Origin: the human T2T-CHM13v2.0 reference genome, Homo sapiens
Strand: one strand, 5' to 3'
Length of the DNA: 64,000 bases
Assembly (NCBI RefSeq): GCF_009914755.1
Contig: NC_060938.1
The position numbers and the translations under genes are program-made. The number at the start of each line of letters is the position of its first letter. Within the stretch, counting starts at the first letter, position 1. Below, piece after piece: positions 1-15,255 of this stretch. The notes under the pieces are model-generated. The model was not told the DNA's origin, did no database searches, and saw only the letters and a list, made by a program, of their open reading frames with translations.

Positions 1-297
1 CCAGCGTGCAACCAGAGAGGGAACGATCTACACGAGCGCGAAGCCGAGGCGCGGGGAGCGTGGCCCGGGGTTCAGAAACCTGCGGCTGCCACGGTACCCG
101 AGCCGCTGCAGCGTCGGGGACAAGGGAAAGTTTCTCGCAACTCTCGGGAGAAGGGATCTGCCTTCGGGAACCAGCGGGAGTGGTGCGGAGCTCCACGACC
201 CGTTTCCGGACTGGCCCGGCGAGCAGTGCGGCGCAAGGAGTCGGAGGGCGCCTTTTGGGGATGGGAAGCCACCACTGCCGCGACTGCGGCCAGACTC
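1..297 (-). other. EGLN3: 5'UTR part of EGLN3 exon 1 (start codon lies just left of the window)
   Basis: Reverse complement reads GAGTCTGGCCGCAGTCGCGGCAGTGGTGGCTTCCC...GTAGATCGTTCCCTCTCTGGTTGCACGCTGG, which I recall as the human EGLN3 mRNA 5'UTR. It lies in a CpG island and no AUG is seen on this strand. Identification is from memory, not a database search. Confidence 0.8.
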
Positions 298-490
298 CGG
301 GAGACGCTGAGGTCCGGCCCTTAAGCCGGCCGACTCCGCGCGTCACGGGCTCCGCCCCGGGACCGCCTCCGGGACCGCCCTTTCCCCCGCCCCGCTGCCA
401 GTCACCCCCGCCTGCTCTGCCCCTCCGCGAAGGATCCCAGAGAGCCCGGCGCCAACCTTAGTTGTTTGTGACCAGGGGAGCGGCTGGAAA
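1..490. promoter_or_regulatory. EGLN3: CpG island / EGLN3 core promoter
   Basis: High GC with dense CpG. Sp/KLF GC boxes (CCGCCC) at ~352-393, duplicated CCGGGACCGCC at 357-367 and 369-379, CRE-like CGTCA at 341-345, TTAA at 321-324 about 25 bp upstream of the inferred minus-strand TSS. Confidence 0.8.
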
Positions 491-1211
491 GCAGACTGAA
501 TTTTTAGAATGCGCTGGATTTGCATATTGTTTTGCATAAAATCACATAACAAACTTGAAAACCTGGATCCCACACTGAAAATGTAAATAGAATTAACTGC
601 CACATTCTGGGTTGGTCACCTCATAGACTTTTGAGCAAAATAATAACCCCAAAAACGAATATATTTATTAAGCAGTGGTCTTGTTCTACCTTTACCGGGT
701 GTCTTTCCTTATTTACCCCATTCCTCTGCTGTTTGACCCAGTTCAAGCCACTGAGAGATTAGGAGGTATCTAGTTTTAACTAAAATTAATGCATTAACGA
801 ATATTTCCCTCAGCCCCTACTGTGTGCAAGGCACTATGTGCTTGAGGAGCTGGGGATGAGCACAATGAAGAAATGCTGAGTCATATCTGATTGAACTCTG
901 CAAATGGTGTATTTTGCTTTGCTTGATGTTTTCCTCTACTTACCTTTCAAGCTTCCTATTAAAATATGATGTTCCGAAATTCTACCTTCCAAATTAATCA
1001 CATGCTTCTGTAACAGTCAGAGGTATGTCCCCCAAAAGATACACTGTATTCTAGGTCTCTCACTTTTCCCACAAGCAGCTGTACTTTCACAAGAGGGACA
1101 GACACCACTGAGAAGACTTTGGTTATCTACAGATAAGCTGATTTGCTTTATGGAGTTTTGATTCCCTTTCCTACTGAACACCAGCGATCAGAATCAGGAA
1201 AAAATTCATAA

Positions 1212-1616
<405 letters not shown>

Positions 1617-2400
1617 TAAGTTGAAGAAAAGAATGTACAGGTTTTTCGGGTATTGTTTATTGTGGAAGCAAATTTCTACAGCTTTTTCACTTTTCTTCTT
1701 CCTCCAGCAGCCCTCTCCTCTCTGCCTCTGAGGGGAGAAAGGGAATGACATCCAGGACAAGAACAAAGAATAGAAGAGGAAAGGTGCTGCTACAAGTTGG
1801 AAAGAAGCAGACAGAGGCACGTGGTTGAGTAAGAACCTGGGGGATGGTGAAGGAGAGCAGTCAATGGTGGAGTGCTTAAGAAACTTTGATGAAACTTCTA
1901 GTTATATTGAGAGAGGTTCTCTGCCAAGTCAGTGATTAGTTGGCACCTTTGGTATTACCTTTGAGCAGGAGGTACCCCTCCTTGGGGTAAAGGCCATCAC
2001 TGCTCAAAGAGCTCTTGTCTAAATTCCCAAGGCAGCTCCATGATGAGAGGAGACCATCATCCTTGGAACCCCAGTGTTTAGCACATAGTGAATGGCTAAT
2101 AAATAGTTACTGGGAACTCAATGTCTGACCCTGAGCCATAGCAGCCTCCACTTGGGATTCAGTATGTCTGGGCTTATCTGGAAGGATCTATTTGCAAAAG
2201 GGGCTGGGGAGCCTCCCCAAAGAGAAGTCACTGGAAAAGAGTCAAGCAAATTAGCCTGACCCAGCACAAAAGCTTAGAGGCCAGTGGAGGGAGAACTTAG
2301 GAGTTCTACAGGGCATTTGTCTCTCAGCTTTGTCTATCTGAGCAGTGGACATTTGAGTGGTGGGAGCCAGAGACATAAAGTGAAAACTGGAGGACTGTTA

Positions 2401-2706
<306 letters not shown>

Positions 2707-4487
2707 AAATTGCAGCAAGGAGTGAAATGGAGTGCAGTACCAAAAAGGAGGAAAGCCCTCCTCTCTACTTCTGCTTGAACCCTGCACAGAAGGAACTGCT
2801 TTGCCTCCTGCAGTGATCTCCTCCAGGGGCACTATGGATAATGGGGTGACCAGGAGAAACCTGGTCTAAGACAGCCTGAATGTAGACCCTGGTTGGCATT
2901 GGGTCGTGCATTTTGCAGCTTTGGGGACTGTGTAAATCTCAGAAGTAGATATCCCTGAAGAGGGACAGAATCAAAAAGGGGGAAGGTGACAGATAATCCT
3001 TAGTAACTAGCTGAAATGTTTCTAGCTGGAGGCTTTTTGTAGATACACCTTATTCCTAGGAACGATAAGGAGGGAATTTACAAAGGAATGGAAACCTGCA
3101 ATCACTGGTAGAGGGGTGGTGGTCAGTAAAATACAGAAAATTATACAACCACCTTCCAGAATGAACATGTTGACCCAAGACTTCAAATCCCAGGAGTGGG
3201 TAAATTTAGTTTACTGTTCAAATAATATTTCAATAATTTCACAGTAAAATTGTAACTCGTTATAACTAGAGCAATAGTCTAAGTGAGTTCTAGTGACAAC
3301 TGTTCTAGATTATGTTGGTTGTAAAGCATGGGCAGTTTAGAAAGGAATTCAATCCCTTGGCACCATCCCTGCTTGGCAAGGGCACTCATTAATCAATCAA
3401 GGACCTCCCGATCAGCTTAGGGCTGCCAGCACTGCATTTGGCAGAGGAATCAGAGATACTGTGACTGGCAAAAATCAGAGTGTGTGATTGCACGGAGGAA
3501 CACAGACAGGCTGGAGCCAGGCACAGGCTGTGGGTCTGAGCATCAGAGAGGGAAAACCCAAGCTAATTGTTAAAGTGCATTTGCTTTAGTTATTTGTCCA
3601 CTAATTTGTGTCATAATAATGAATATTAAAATACCTTTCCATAATAACTAAAGCAAATTAATTTCCCTGTAATTTAATTACAGCAACATTGCCTTCCAGT
3701 GTGCATCTGCAGTATAGATGCAGTCATTTTCAAGCATGTGGAGGAGTAGGGGAGAAAGAAAAATGTTGAGTTTTCTTACCTTTGAATTTGAACTGGAAGA
3801 GATATTAGTGGTCACCTAGTTCAACTTCATTTTCCTACAGATGACGAAACCAAAGAGTCTCAGTTGAGTGGAAGAGGAAGCATGGGATGCTTCTGCCTTC
3901 TCAACTGTAACACTGTCCTATTTATATATGTATGCATTTTTACTTTAACGAGGTAAAATTCACAAAGCATAAAATTTACGATTTTATAATGAACAATTCA
4001 GTGGCATTTACTACATTCGCGATGTTATGAAACCACCACCTCTCTCTAGTTCCAAAACATTTTCACCACCCCAAAAGAAAACTGTGCCTATTAAGCAGTT
4101 ATTCCCCATTGCCTCCTCTCCCAAGCCCCTAGCAACCACCAATCTGCCTTCTCTATGGATTTGCCCATTCTAGATATTTCCTAATAATGGAATCATATAA
4201 TCTGTGACCTTTTGTGACTGGCTTCTTTCACTTAGCATGATGTTTTGTACCATTTACCAAGATTTTATTTCTTTTTATGGCTGAATGATAATTCCACTAC
4301 GTAGATATACCACGATTTGTTTATCCAGTCATCCACTGATGAGTATTTGGGTTGTTTCCACTTTTTGGCTATTATAATAGTGCTGTTATTAACATGCATG
4401 CATAAGTATGTTGAGTACCTGTTTTCAATTCTTTGGAGAATAGACCTAGGCATACAGTTTTGGGGGCATATGGTAATTTTATAACTC

Positions 4488-4967
<480 letters not shown>

Positions 4968-5239
4968 TATGTTTAACTTTTTGGAAAACCACCAAACTGT
5001 TTTCCACAATAGGTGTACCATTTTACATTTCCAACAGAAATATGGGAAGGTTCCATCGTGTCCTTTTTTATTTCTGATGAAAAATGTCTACATGTCTTCT
5101 TTTCCATCAAAGTACTGCCATACCTGAGGTTCTCTTCCTCCTAGCTGGTATCTGAATATTTTGTGTGTGTGTTTTTACCATCCTATATCATCAGAAGGTT
5201 TATCATTATTTTGCATGACTTCACTGTGAGCAAAGGCAA

Positions 5240-5470
5240 CCTTATTTATTGATCCATTAAACATTTTTGCAACACTTAGTACTGTGCTAAAAGTTTACAA
5301 ACATTACTTCAATTAATTCTTATAACACCACCAGGAAATCGGTACTATTCTTCTTCTCCATTATGAAGATGACAAAAGTGAGAAACAAAGAGGCTAAGGA
5401 ACTTGCCCAAGGTCACTCTGCAAGAGAATAACAATGTAGGACAAAATTTGAGAGATTCAAATGTAGTAAC
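5240..5470 (+). mobile_element. MIR
   Basis: MIR core motif gaggctaaggaacttgcccaaggtcac. Confidence 0.7.
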
Positions 5471-6264
5471 ATGGGGGTGCGGAGGGAGAATCATTTTGAG
5501 CCAAGTGTCTGGCATGAAACTGTTTCTGCCCTTAAGTACTCTTTTTCTTGTTGTAACTCTAGTTAGAACACTTTCACCTGTAATGACTATTTTAATTATT
5601 GGTTTCTTTACTGATATTTGGTGCAGAAGGGAGATAAGCAAAACTTCCCATAAATTATTTAGTACACTACATTAAGAGTCATTTTCCAAACTACAAATTA
5701 GGTTTTGCTCTTTGCTCCATTCCAATTATGGCCAAGGATTTCCAGGGATCAACATAAATTCAGTGATGCACAGGTCTGTGGAGAACAGTTGGGAATAAGC
5801 TGCCCCTCAATTGCTGGAGTGTGTGTTCCACCCCTCGGGATGCAGGAATGAATTTATTTTAGTGGAGCTGATGAAGTAAGAAGAAGCTTATGAAGTAAAT
5901 TTATGGTCTGGAGCTCACTGGTATAAAGTGGGTTTAGAAAAGGAAGGATCTGATTATGTCCCTCTCTCTCTGAGGAGTTGAGCTATCCTACCCCTTCTCA
6001 GCTCTAAAAGGATGGCAAAGAAAGTTACTTTCTCTATCAGTTCTTGTTTCTCAGCACGTAGACAAGTTTCAGCCTCTCTCATCTGCTCTTTGATCATTCT
6101 GGCCATGTGCAGATTCTGGGAAGTGTGACATTATCAGGAATGTTCTTTAATATTTTCCAACTCAGCTCTCATTTAAGCCGAAAATGTCTAAAAAGCCTTT
6201 GCATAGATCATAAAAAGTGTCAAATTGTGTCTATGAACAGTGTTCATTGCATCTTTTTTGGAGT

Positions 6265-6490
6265 AAACTTTTTATTTTAGAATACTTTTAGACTTACTGG
6301 CAAGTCGGGAAGGTGGATACACAGAGTGCCTGTATACCCCACACCCAGTTTCCCCTGTTGTTACCATCTGACATTAGTATAGTACATGTGTCCTAATTTA
6401 CGAACCAATACTGATGCATTATTAACTAAAGTCCTGATTTTGTTCAGATTTGTTTTTTACCTAGTGGCCTTTTTCTTTTCCTGGATCCTG
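6265..6490 (-). mobile_element. L1MC-like 3' end
   Basis: tttattttagaatacttttagacttac...gaaccaatactgatgcattattaactaaagtcc resembles the L1MC 3' terminus. Confidence 0.65.
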
Positions 6491-6889
6491 TTGAAGTTTG
6501 CAGAGGTAGAAGTAAGTCTGTAGGGTTTTTAGGGAAGTTTATACCAAATCAGTCTTCTTAGCCCTTTAGGCCTACAGAAACGGTTCTCGAGATCCCCAGG
6601 GTCCAAATGAATGGTTACCTACAGAACGTGCCTTCTTCCCTTCCTCAACAGTATATGTCAGTGGCTGAAGGTCGCTGGCACCGTTGCTGTGAGGCCCTCT
6701 TTCTACAGCCAGGGGTCTCTGGGGTTCAGGTAGCTGATCCCAATCTTTCCTGCTCCTGGCCTGGAAGTGGGAGTAGGTAGTGCTAGGCTCCACTGGCCCT
6801 AGACTTTCCAGTTCCGACAGACCTCTCTGCTTCTGTTCATATATTTACCTTCTCCCTCCCTCCAGAGAAAGAACCTGATTGCTCTAAGG

Positions 6890-7074
6890 CAGTGGGTCTC
6901 AAACTCTACTGGCCATTAGAATCACCTGGCAAGCTTGTTAAAACACAAAGTGCTATGCCTTACCCCTAGAGTTTCTGATTCAGTAGGTCTGGGATGGGGC
7001 CTGATAATTTGCATTTCTGACAAGTTTCCAGGAGCTGCTTCTGCTGGCCTCAGACCACATTTTGAGAACCACCA
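6890..7074 (+). mobile_element. MER5A (hAT-Charlie MITE)
   Basis: cagtgggtctcaaact...agaatcacctgg...ctgattcagtaggtctggg...tttgagaaccac. Confidence 0.85.
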
Positions 7075-7361
7075 TTCCAAGCCAATCAGTTTATGGCATT
7101 ACCCTGCTAACTGTTAGTGGTCTAGAGGTGGGCAGGTGACCTGCACCAGCCAAATCTGGTGGTTGAAAGCCCTGGTTGTACCGTAGAATCACTTGGGAGC
7201 TTCTGAAAAATGACTCTCAGCTGGGCCCCACCCCAGATTAATAAATTAATATTTTTGAAGATAAAGCCTTAGGTATCTGCAGTTTGAAAAGAAAAAATAA
7301 TGCTACATAATACGTTATTAAATAAACAAAATAAAAATAAAATAATAGCAATAAACAAATA

Positions 7362-7707
7362 CAGTCATGCCTTACTTAACAAAGGGGATACGTTTGGAGA
7401 AATGCATCACTAAGCAATTTCCTTGTTGAGAACATCATAGAGTGCACTTACACAAACCTAGATGACATAGCCCACTATACCCCAGGCTCTGTGGTATGGC
7501 CTATAGCTCCTAGCCTACCAACCTGTACAACATATTACTGTAATGAATACTGTAGGCAACTGTAACACGATAGTATTTGTGTATCTAAACATCTCTAAAC
7601 AGAGAAAAGGTACAGTTACAATACAGTACTGTATTATAATCTTATGGGACCACCATCCTACATGTGGTTCATTGTTGACCAAAATGTCATTATGCAGAGC
7701 ATGACTG
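7362..7707 (+). mobile_element. Tigger3a/MER7A (TcMar-Tigger)
   Basis: TIRs CAGTCATGC...GCATGACTG, TA duplication at 7360-7361 and 7708-7709, internal Tigger3 motifs. Sits inside a MER5-type element (~7160-7770). Confidence 0.9.
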
Positions 7708-7769
7708 TAATGAATACAGCTCTAGCACTTTGGTGACTTCAATGTGCAACAGTACTGAGAACTACTGGC

Positions 7770-8120
7770 CTGCTTGAACTGAAGAGAATTGATATTAAAG
7801 GGAGAGGTCTCTCTCTTTCTTTCTCTTTCTTGCTGCACATGAAGAAAGGAAACAGGCAGCCCAGTGGCCTCTGGCAGCCGTCACATCCCCATGAAGGGAG
7901 CCAGTCTCAGGATGCAGCCGACATGGAGGAAGGCAGAGCAGAGTACTGAAAGAACTTGGGACCTTGGTGACATTACTGAGCTGCCTTATCTTACTGTCCC
8001 TGGAGCCTGTCCTACCTCTGGACTTCCAGTTATGTGAGATAATACATTTCCTTATTTGTAAAGCCAAATTAAGTCACGGCTTTCAGCTACTAGCAATCAA
8101 AAGCATTCTAACAGATAACA
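7770..8120 (+). mobile_element. MLT1J/K-like MaLR LTR, 3' part (5' part near 7080-7160)
   Basis: ctacctctggacttccagttatgtgagataatacatttccttatttgtaaagcc...aagcattctaacagataaca resembles the MLT1J 3' end. Confidence 0.7.
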
Positions 8121-8373
8121 CGAAAGAAATCTGTGGTCATCCCATAGCCATAATGAACAGTCCCTACCCTTAAAGACACTTTGCCTGGGTGTCTTGCGTT
8201 CTGCACATTCCGGAGGACCAGCTTCCCCATCAGAAGTCTGACTCCATGGAAACCAGATGGGGCAACGGGGTGGTTCTAGTGCAGACTGTAGCTGCAGCTC
8301 CTCTCCACCTCTAGCCTGCTCATTTCCAGCTCAGAAATTCTACTAATGGCGTTTTTTCTTCCTGAAAAAGGAA

Positions 8374-8382
8374 ATGAACAGG
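8374..8382 (+). CDS. Putative smORF coding exon 1 (ATG AAC AGG)
   Basis: gaaATGAACAGG|GTAAGA, consensus 5' splice site at 8383; phase 0 and in frame with the exon at 13184. Confidence 0.4.
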
Positions 8383-9411
8383 GTAAGACCTGACATTTTA
8401 CCTTATAGTTAAAATCAATAGTTTTCTTCTTTTACCTAAGCAAACAATCACATAATAGTCAATTTGGAGGTTACAATTGTATTATTCACAAATGGTTTCC
8501 TTAAATTGCAAATTTGTCTTCAGACAATGCCTTTCTTAATATTTATAATAGGAAAATGTTTGTAGAACATAAATAACACTGGAAGCTAGTTGGAACAAAG
8601 TAAATGTCCAGCCAATGTTTTATTGTATGCATCTAGTATAATGGGTTATGAGATGGAATATAAAGTAAGAGTCCGTGTGTGTGAGACAGAGAGAGAGACG
8701 TGCCAAGATGTTATTAATGGTTGTTTCTGAGTAAGTGGGAATATGGACCTTCTTATGTTCTGTTGTTTGTGTTTCTAATATTTTTCTAATGGGCACATAT
8801 TGCTTTTGTTGAAAGAAAGAAAAAGAACTTTTTTAAGGATATGAGATTGTTTTGCCACTTAAAAATAATCTTTCACTCCTCCATGGGCTGGCCATTGGCT
8901 TGTTTGAGCTAAGTACCATTCCCAGCATCCTGCGCACTGCTTTGCTTGAGGTGGCTGAAATCCTGTGAACTACATTTCCCAGATTCCCTTGCCAGCTGGC
9001 CCACTTAGATGCTCCAATGGGAAGCACTGGTGGGAAGCTGCATGAAATGAGAGACCCATTTTTCTTGTTGTTGTTGTTGTTGTTTTGTTTTGTTCTTTGT
9101 TTTTAGGCTCTGGCAAGGGGTGCCGCAGTGACTTGCAGCTGCAGGGGCTCCAGTAGCCTTTAGCAGTTCCAGCAACCGCATCGGTGTCAGGCAGTGGCCA
9201 GCTCCAGCAGCATCAGCAGCTTCCTGCACTGTCAGATGCCAGACACTCCTGGGCTCTGATAACATCACCCCCTCCCTGGTATTCCTCCTGCCTTTCAAGT
9301 GGTAGTGATTTCCTGCAGATACTTATCTCTAGGTTAGCACATCTTCCCCTTTTGGTTCCTCCAAATTTCCCAACACTGCTAAGACTGATTTCTTATGTTA
9401 AATTCCTTCTA

Positions 9412-10052
<641 letters not shown>

Positions 10053-10313
10053 CTAGAATGATGTCTGTTTTCCCAACTGGACACTAACTGATATGCTCTC
10101 ATATCCTCAATTTCTACATCAAAGTCACGAGCAAATCTTGTCAGTTCTACTGCCAAATTTAACTCCAACCTCTCCTCTTCCTCTTCTGTCCACAGCTATC
10201 ACCAGTTCTGATCACCATCATTTCTCACTGCAACAGCCTTCTCTCAGATATCCCTACTTCTGCAGTTGCACCACGTCAATCCATTCTCTACATGGAAGCC
10301 ACAGCCTTCTTCC

Positions 10314-10727
<414 letters not shown>

Positions 10728-11399
10728 GGATGTCAGCATTGTCCATCTCAGCTCCTTGTTTATTTCCTACATAGTCCCTACTAAAACTTGACATTTTTGT
10801 TTGTCTGTTTGTTTAAATGGGTGTTTTATGTCTCTCTCCCATAGGAGTATGAGGGCAGGGACCTGTTCACCACAGTATTTCCAGTGCCCAGCACAGTGCC
10901 TGACACAAATCAGCTGTTCACTATATGCTAAATGAATACTCTGCATATTTAACTGTTTCCATATTCATGCATAGAAATGAAGAAAATTTGATTTAATTTC
11001 AGTAAAGTCTGTACTGTTAGATGCTTCGATTGCTGTGTTTCTCTAGAGAATAAGCCACAGGTTAATTAAAATCTTAAAAAGCAGGAATAAAAAAATAAAC
11101 ATTTTTGGAAAATAGACCAAGTGGATAAAAGATAAATAAAAAGCTGAAAACATTTTCTGAAGATGTCATAGCAAAATTTTCTACCAAGTCTAATTTGGCA
11201 TAAATCCAAATTCTTCTGTTGACAAATTTGCTTTGACCTAAATTGATTTAACTCTATTAGCTAAAGTTGATGCAGTTCTCTAAACCGGTTTCTAAGTCAC
11301 TTTTAAGGCTCTGTGAAGGACAACCAGAGATTTTCACTTACAATCAGATCAAGTTCTAGAAGCAGTTTTAGCTGTTGCTTTCTTCAGTTAGGCATCTGT

Positions 11400-11720
11400 T
11401 CCATTCATTCAGACAACAAATGTTTTCTTTCATTCTTTCCGTGTGCCAGGCACCGTACTCAGTGCCAGATGCACACACAAAGAAGACAGACAAGATCCCT
11501 GTGCTTCTGAGGACCACATGCAAAAGAAAGACAATAAACAAGGAAGTACATGAATGAGCACAACAATTTCAAGTTGTGATTGAATGCTGTGAGAAAGTGA
11601 AACAGCTAAATGCAATAGGTGTGGAGGGGTACCACCAAGTCTGTAGTGGGAGAAACTGCCTGAGAAGGCAACACTTGCCATGAGGCCAGAGTTACCAGGA
11701 GGAGCCAGCAGGGCCACGTT
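11400..11720 (-). mobile_element. L2 fossil
   Basis: L2 3'-end pattern (cattcattcagacaacaaatg, gtgtgccaggcaccgt, agacaagatccctg). Confidence 0.6.
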
Positions 11721-11738
11721 GAGACTTTAAAGGTCTTA

Positions 11739-12226
11739 CATGCACATGAATGTTCATTGCAACACTATTCACAACAGCAAGGACATGGAATCAACCTAAT
11801 TGCCCATCAATGACAGATTGGATAAAGAAAATGTGGTACCTATATACCATGGAATACTATGCAGCCATAAAAAAGAACAAGATCATGTATTTTGTGGGAA
11901 CGTGGTTGGAGCTGAAGGCTATTATCCTTAGCAAACTAATGCAGCAACAGGAAACGAAATACCACATGTTCTCACTTATAAGTGGGAGCTAAATGATAAG
12001 AACTTACGAACACAAGAAGGAAACAACAGACACGGGTCTACTTGATGGGGGAGTGTGGGAGAAGGGAGAGGAGGAGAAAAGATAACTATTGGGTACTGGG
12101 CTTAATACCTGGGCGAGGACATAATATGTACAACAAATTCCTGTGACATGTGTTTACCTATGTAAAAAAACTTTCACATGTACCTCTAAACCTAAAATAA
12201 AAGTGTAAAACAATTATTTTTAAAGA
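11739..12226 (+). mobile_element. 5'-truncated L1PA/PB 3' end
   Basis: L1 ORF2 C-terminus (MFIATLFTTARTWNQP) and 3'UTR; TSD gagacttta(a/g)aggtctta at 11721-11738 and 12227-12244. Confidence 0.92.
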
Positions 12227-12309
12227 GAGACTTTAGAGGTCTTAAACATGGTGATATTATAGTGTCTTCTCTCTCTTCTAACTCAAGTAATTAAAAATAA
12301 AAATAATCA

Positions 12310-13136
<827 letters not shown>

Positions 13137-13183
13137 TTATGATAATATCTAAAAACTCTTCTAAAATTATTTTCTTGTTTTAG

Positions 13184-13345
13184 GTCCCTGCTGATTCTCC
13201 AAATATGTGTCTAATCTGTTTACTGAGTTCCATAGCACTTGGAGCCATCCATGCAAAAATCTGTAGAAGAGCATTCCAGGAAGAGGGAAGAGCAAATGCA
13301 AAGACGGGCGTGAGAGCTTGGTGCATACAGCCATGGGCCAAATAA
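13184..13345 (+). CDS. Putative smORF exon 2 (terminal); joined product is 56 aa MNRVPADSPNMCLICLLSSIALGAIHAKICRRAFQEEGRANAKTGVRAWCIQPWAK
   Basis: Acceptor ttttcttgttttAG|G at 13183/13184; 53 sense codons then TAA (13343-13345) overlapping AATAAA (13341-13346). Translation is unproven. Confidence 0.4.
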   Translation, partial: VPADSPNMCLICLLSSIALGAIHAKICRRAFQEEGRANAKTGVRAWCIQPWAK

Positions 13346-13560
13346 AGTTTCCTTGGAATAGCCATGCCTGTTCTTTCACATGTCATCTGTGGCTACTTTC
13401 ACACTTGCATGACCCTGAGAGTGACTGATTGCCTTAAACTTTGTTTCTTTTATGGCCTCACTAGTGTAGCCAATCGCTGCCGCACAACAGCACAGCAGAC
13501 ACGGTATCAGGCAAAACCTAAAATATGTGGTCCATTACAGAAAAAATTTGCTGACCCCTG
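13325..13560 (+). mobile_element. MER58A (hAT-Charlie)
   Basis: gggccaaat/aaagttt..ttggaa..agccatgcc...ttacagaaaaaatttgctgacccctg. Confidence 0.8.
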
Positions 13561-13889
13561 GGCTTGCTTATTTGTTTATTTATGAAGTGAGATTAGGAGC
13601 CATTGGAGACTTTTTAGCTGTGGAGGATGCAGGACTTCATTTTTATTGTTTAAAAGGTGGCGTTGGCCGTGGTGTAGAGAATGGATTTGGGGGTAAGGCA
13701 CCACAGAGGCAAAGAGAACAGGATGATGCTTTGGTGCTAGCTGCTGGGGCTTGGAGTTGGGTGAGAGCTGTAAGCATCAAATCTTCTGAAGGGATCAACC
13801 CTCATGTAGTTACAACACGGGCTCATTTTTCTCTTGAAAGGGCTCTAAGAGTCCTTCACACAGTGTCCATCCAGCTCTTCTCAGTAGAG

Positions 13890-14520
13890 GGCTCACTCCC
13901 ACAGGACTGCTGCCACTTTGCAAGCAATTGGTTGTCACCTATACTTCTGATCAACTGGCTATAAACCGGGGTTCCCACCACCCACTCCTCCAGTTTGATT
14001 AATTTGCTAGGATGGCTCACAGAACTCAATGAAGCACATTTCGTGAATAGCCAGATGAAGAGGTGGATGGGGCAGGGTATGGGGGAGGTGCTACCGAGCT
14101 CCCAAGTGCTCTCCAGGAACACCACCCTCCCAGCACCTATGCATGTTCAGTGACCCGGAAGCTCACTGAGGATTGTTCAAGAGTTTTTACAGAGCTTAAT
14201 CTCTATCGCCCCTCTCCCTTTCCTGGAAGCTGGAGGGTGGGGCTGAAATATCCTACTCTCTAATCCTCTCCACACTTGGTCTTTCTGGTGACTGGCCCCA
14301 CCCTGACTTATCTCATCAGCATAAACTCAGGTATGATCAAAAGGGGCCCATTATGAATAACAAAAGATGCTCTTATCACTCAAGAAATTCCAAGGGTTTT
14401 AGGAGCCTATAGCAGGTACTGGGGACAAGGATCAAATATATATACTTTTTCTTTTTACTTGGTATAATTAAGCAACTTTTATTTGGTGTTCTGTAAGAAT
14501 TTATTTCTTATTATGCCACA
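13890..14520 (-). mobile_element. MER21-family LTR
   Basis: Minus strand begins tgtggcataataagaaat...ctcctaaaacccttggaatttcttgagtgataagag. Confidence 0.8.
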
Positions 14521-15255
14521 AATACCTTTTGAGTCTTCCCATTGATTAGCCCTCTTATTTTAGAGGCCTTTGACAGTGTTTCTGCCAACTTTAGGCCTTA
14601 GGAAAAGCCTCTGAAACTTAAACTTTGGTATCCCATTCAGGAACCAGATGTCTTGAAAAGCCCCCTAGAGCCTCTGTAAGCCCTCAGAGCCACAAGGAAC
14701 ACACCATGGCTGCTGATATTCATTCTTCAGCTTCTCATGGTGACAAGCTGGTGAAAACCCTGGGGAGCTAAGAGTGGGGGACTGGTGCTGAGACTACTCC
14801 TTGCCACCCCAACCTCACCCCAACCCACACTATGCCCCTGTTCCAAGGTCCTCATGGCAGGGCACACAGCCTTCTGGGCTTGGCAGATGCACCTACCCGT
14901 GTGGGCTTCCCTGCTCGAGCTCTGAGTCCTGATGTGAGGCAGGCATGTGCCCCTTTAGTGTGATCCCCAGCAACGCAGCCTCTTTTCTCTAACTTGAGTC
15001 AGCCGCCTTTCTGGTAGCTGGCACCTCATTCTGCCTCTACTTTTTTCTGCCAGTACAGTTGGCCCTCCATACCTGCGGGTTCCACATCCTCAGATTCGGC
15101 TGATCACAGATCAAAAATGTAGTTACACCTGCAATGGTTGCTTCTGTCCTGAACATATGCAGGCTTTTTTCTTGTCATCATTCCCAAAACAATACAACAA
15201 CTATATACGTAATCTACAGGTGACTTAAAGTACACAGGAGGATGTACTTAGGTTA

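Noticed and set aside
6-461. 151-aa plus-strand ORF and 67-aa minus-strand ORF in the CpG island
   Set aside because: Both start at GTG; GC-rich DNA lacks stops by chance; composition is low-complexity R/G/P/A with no domain.
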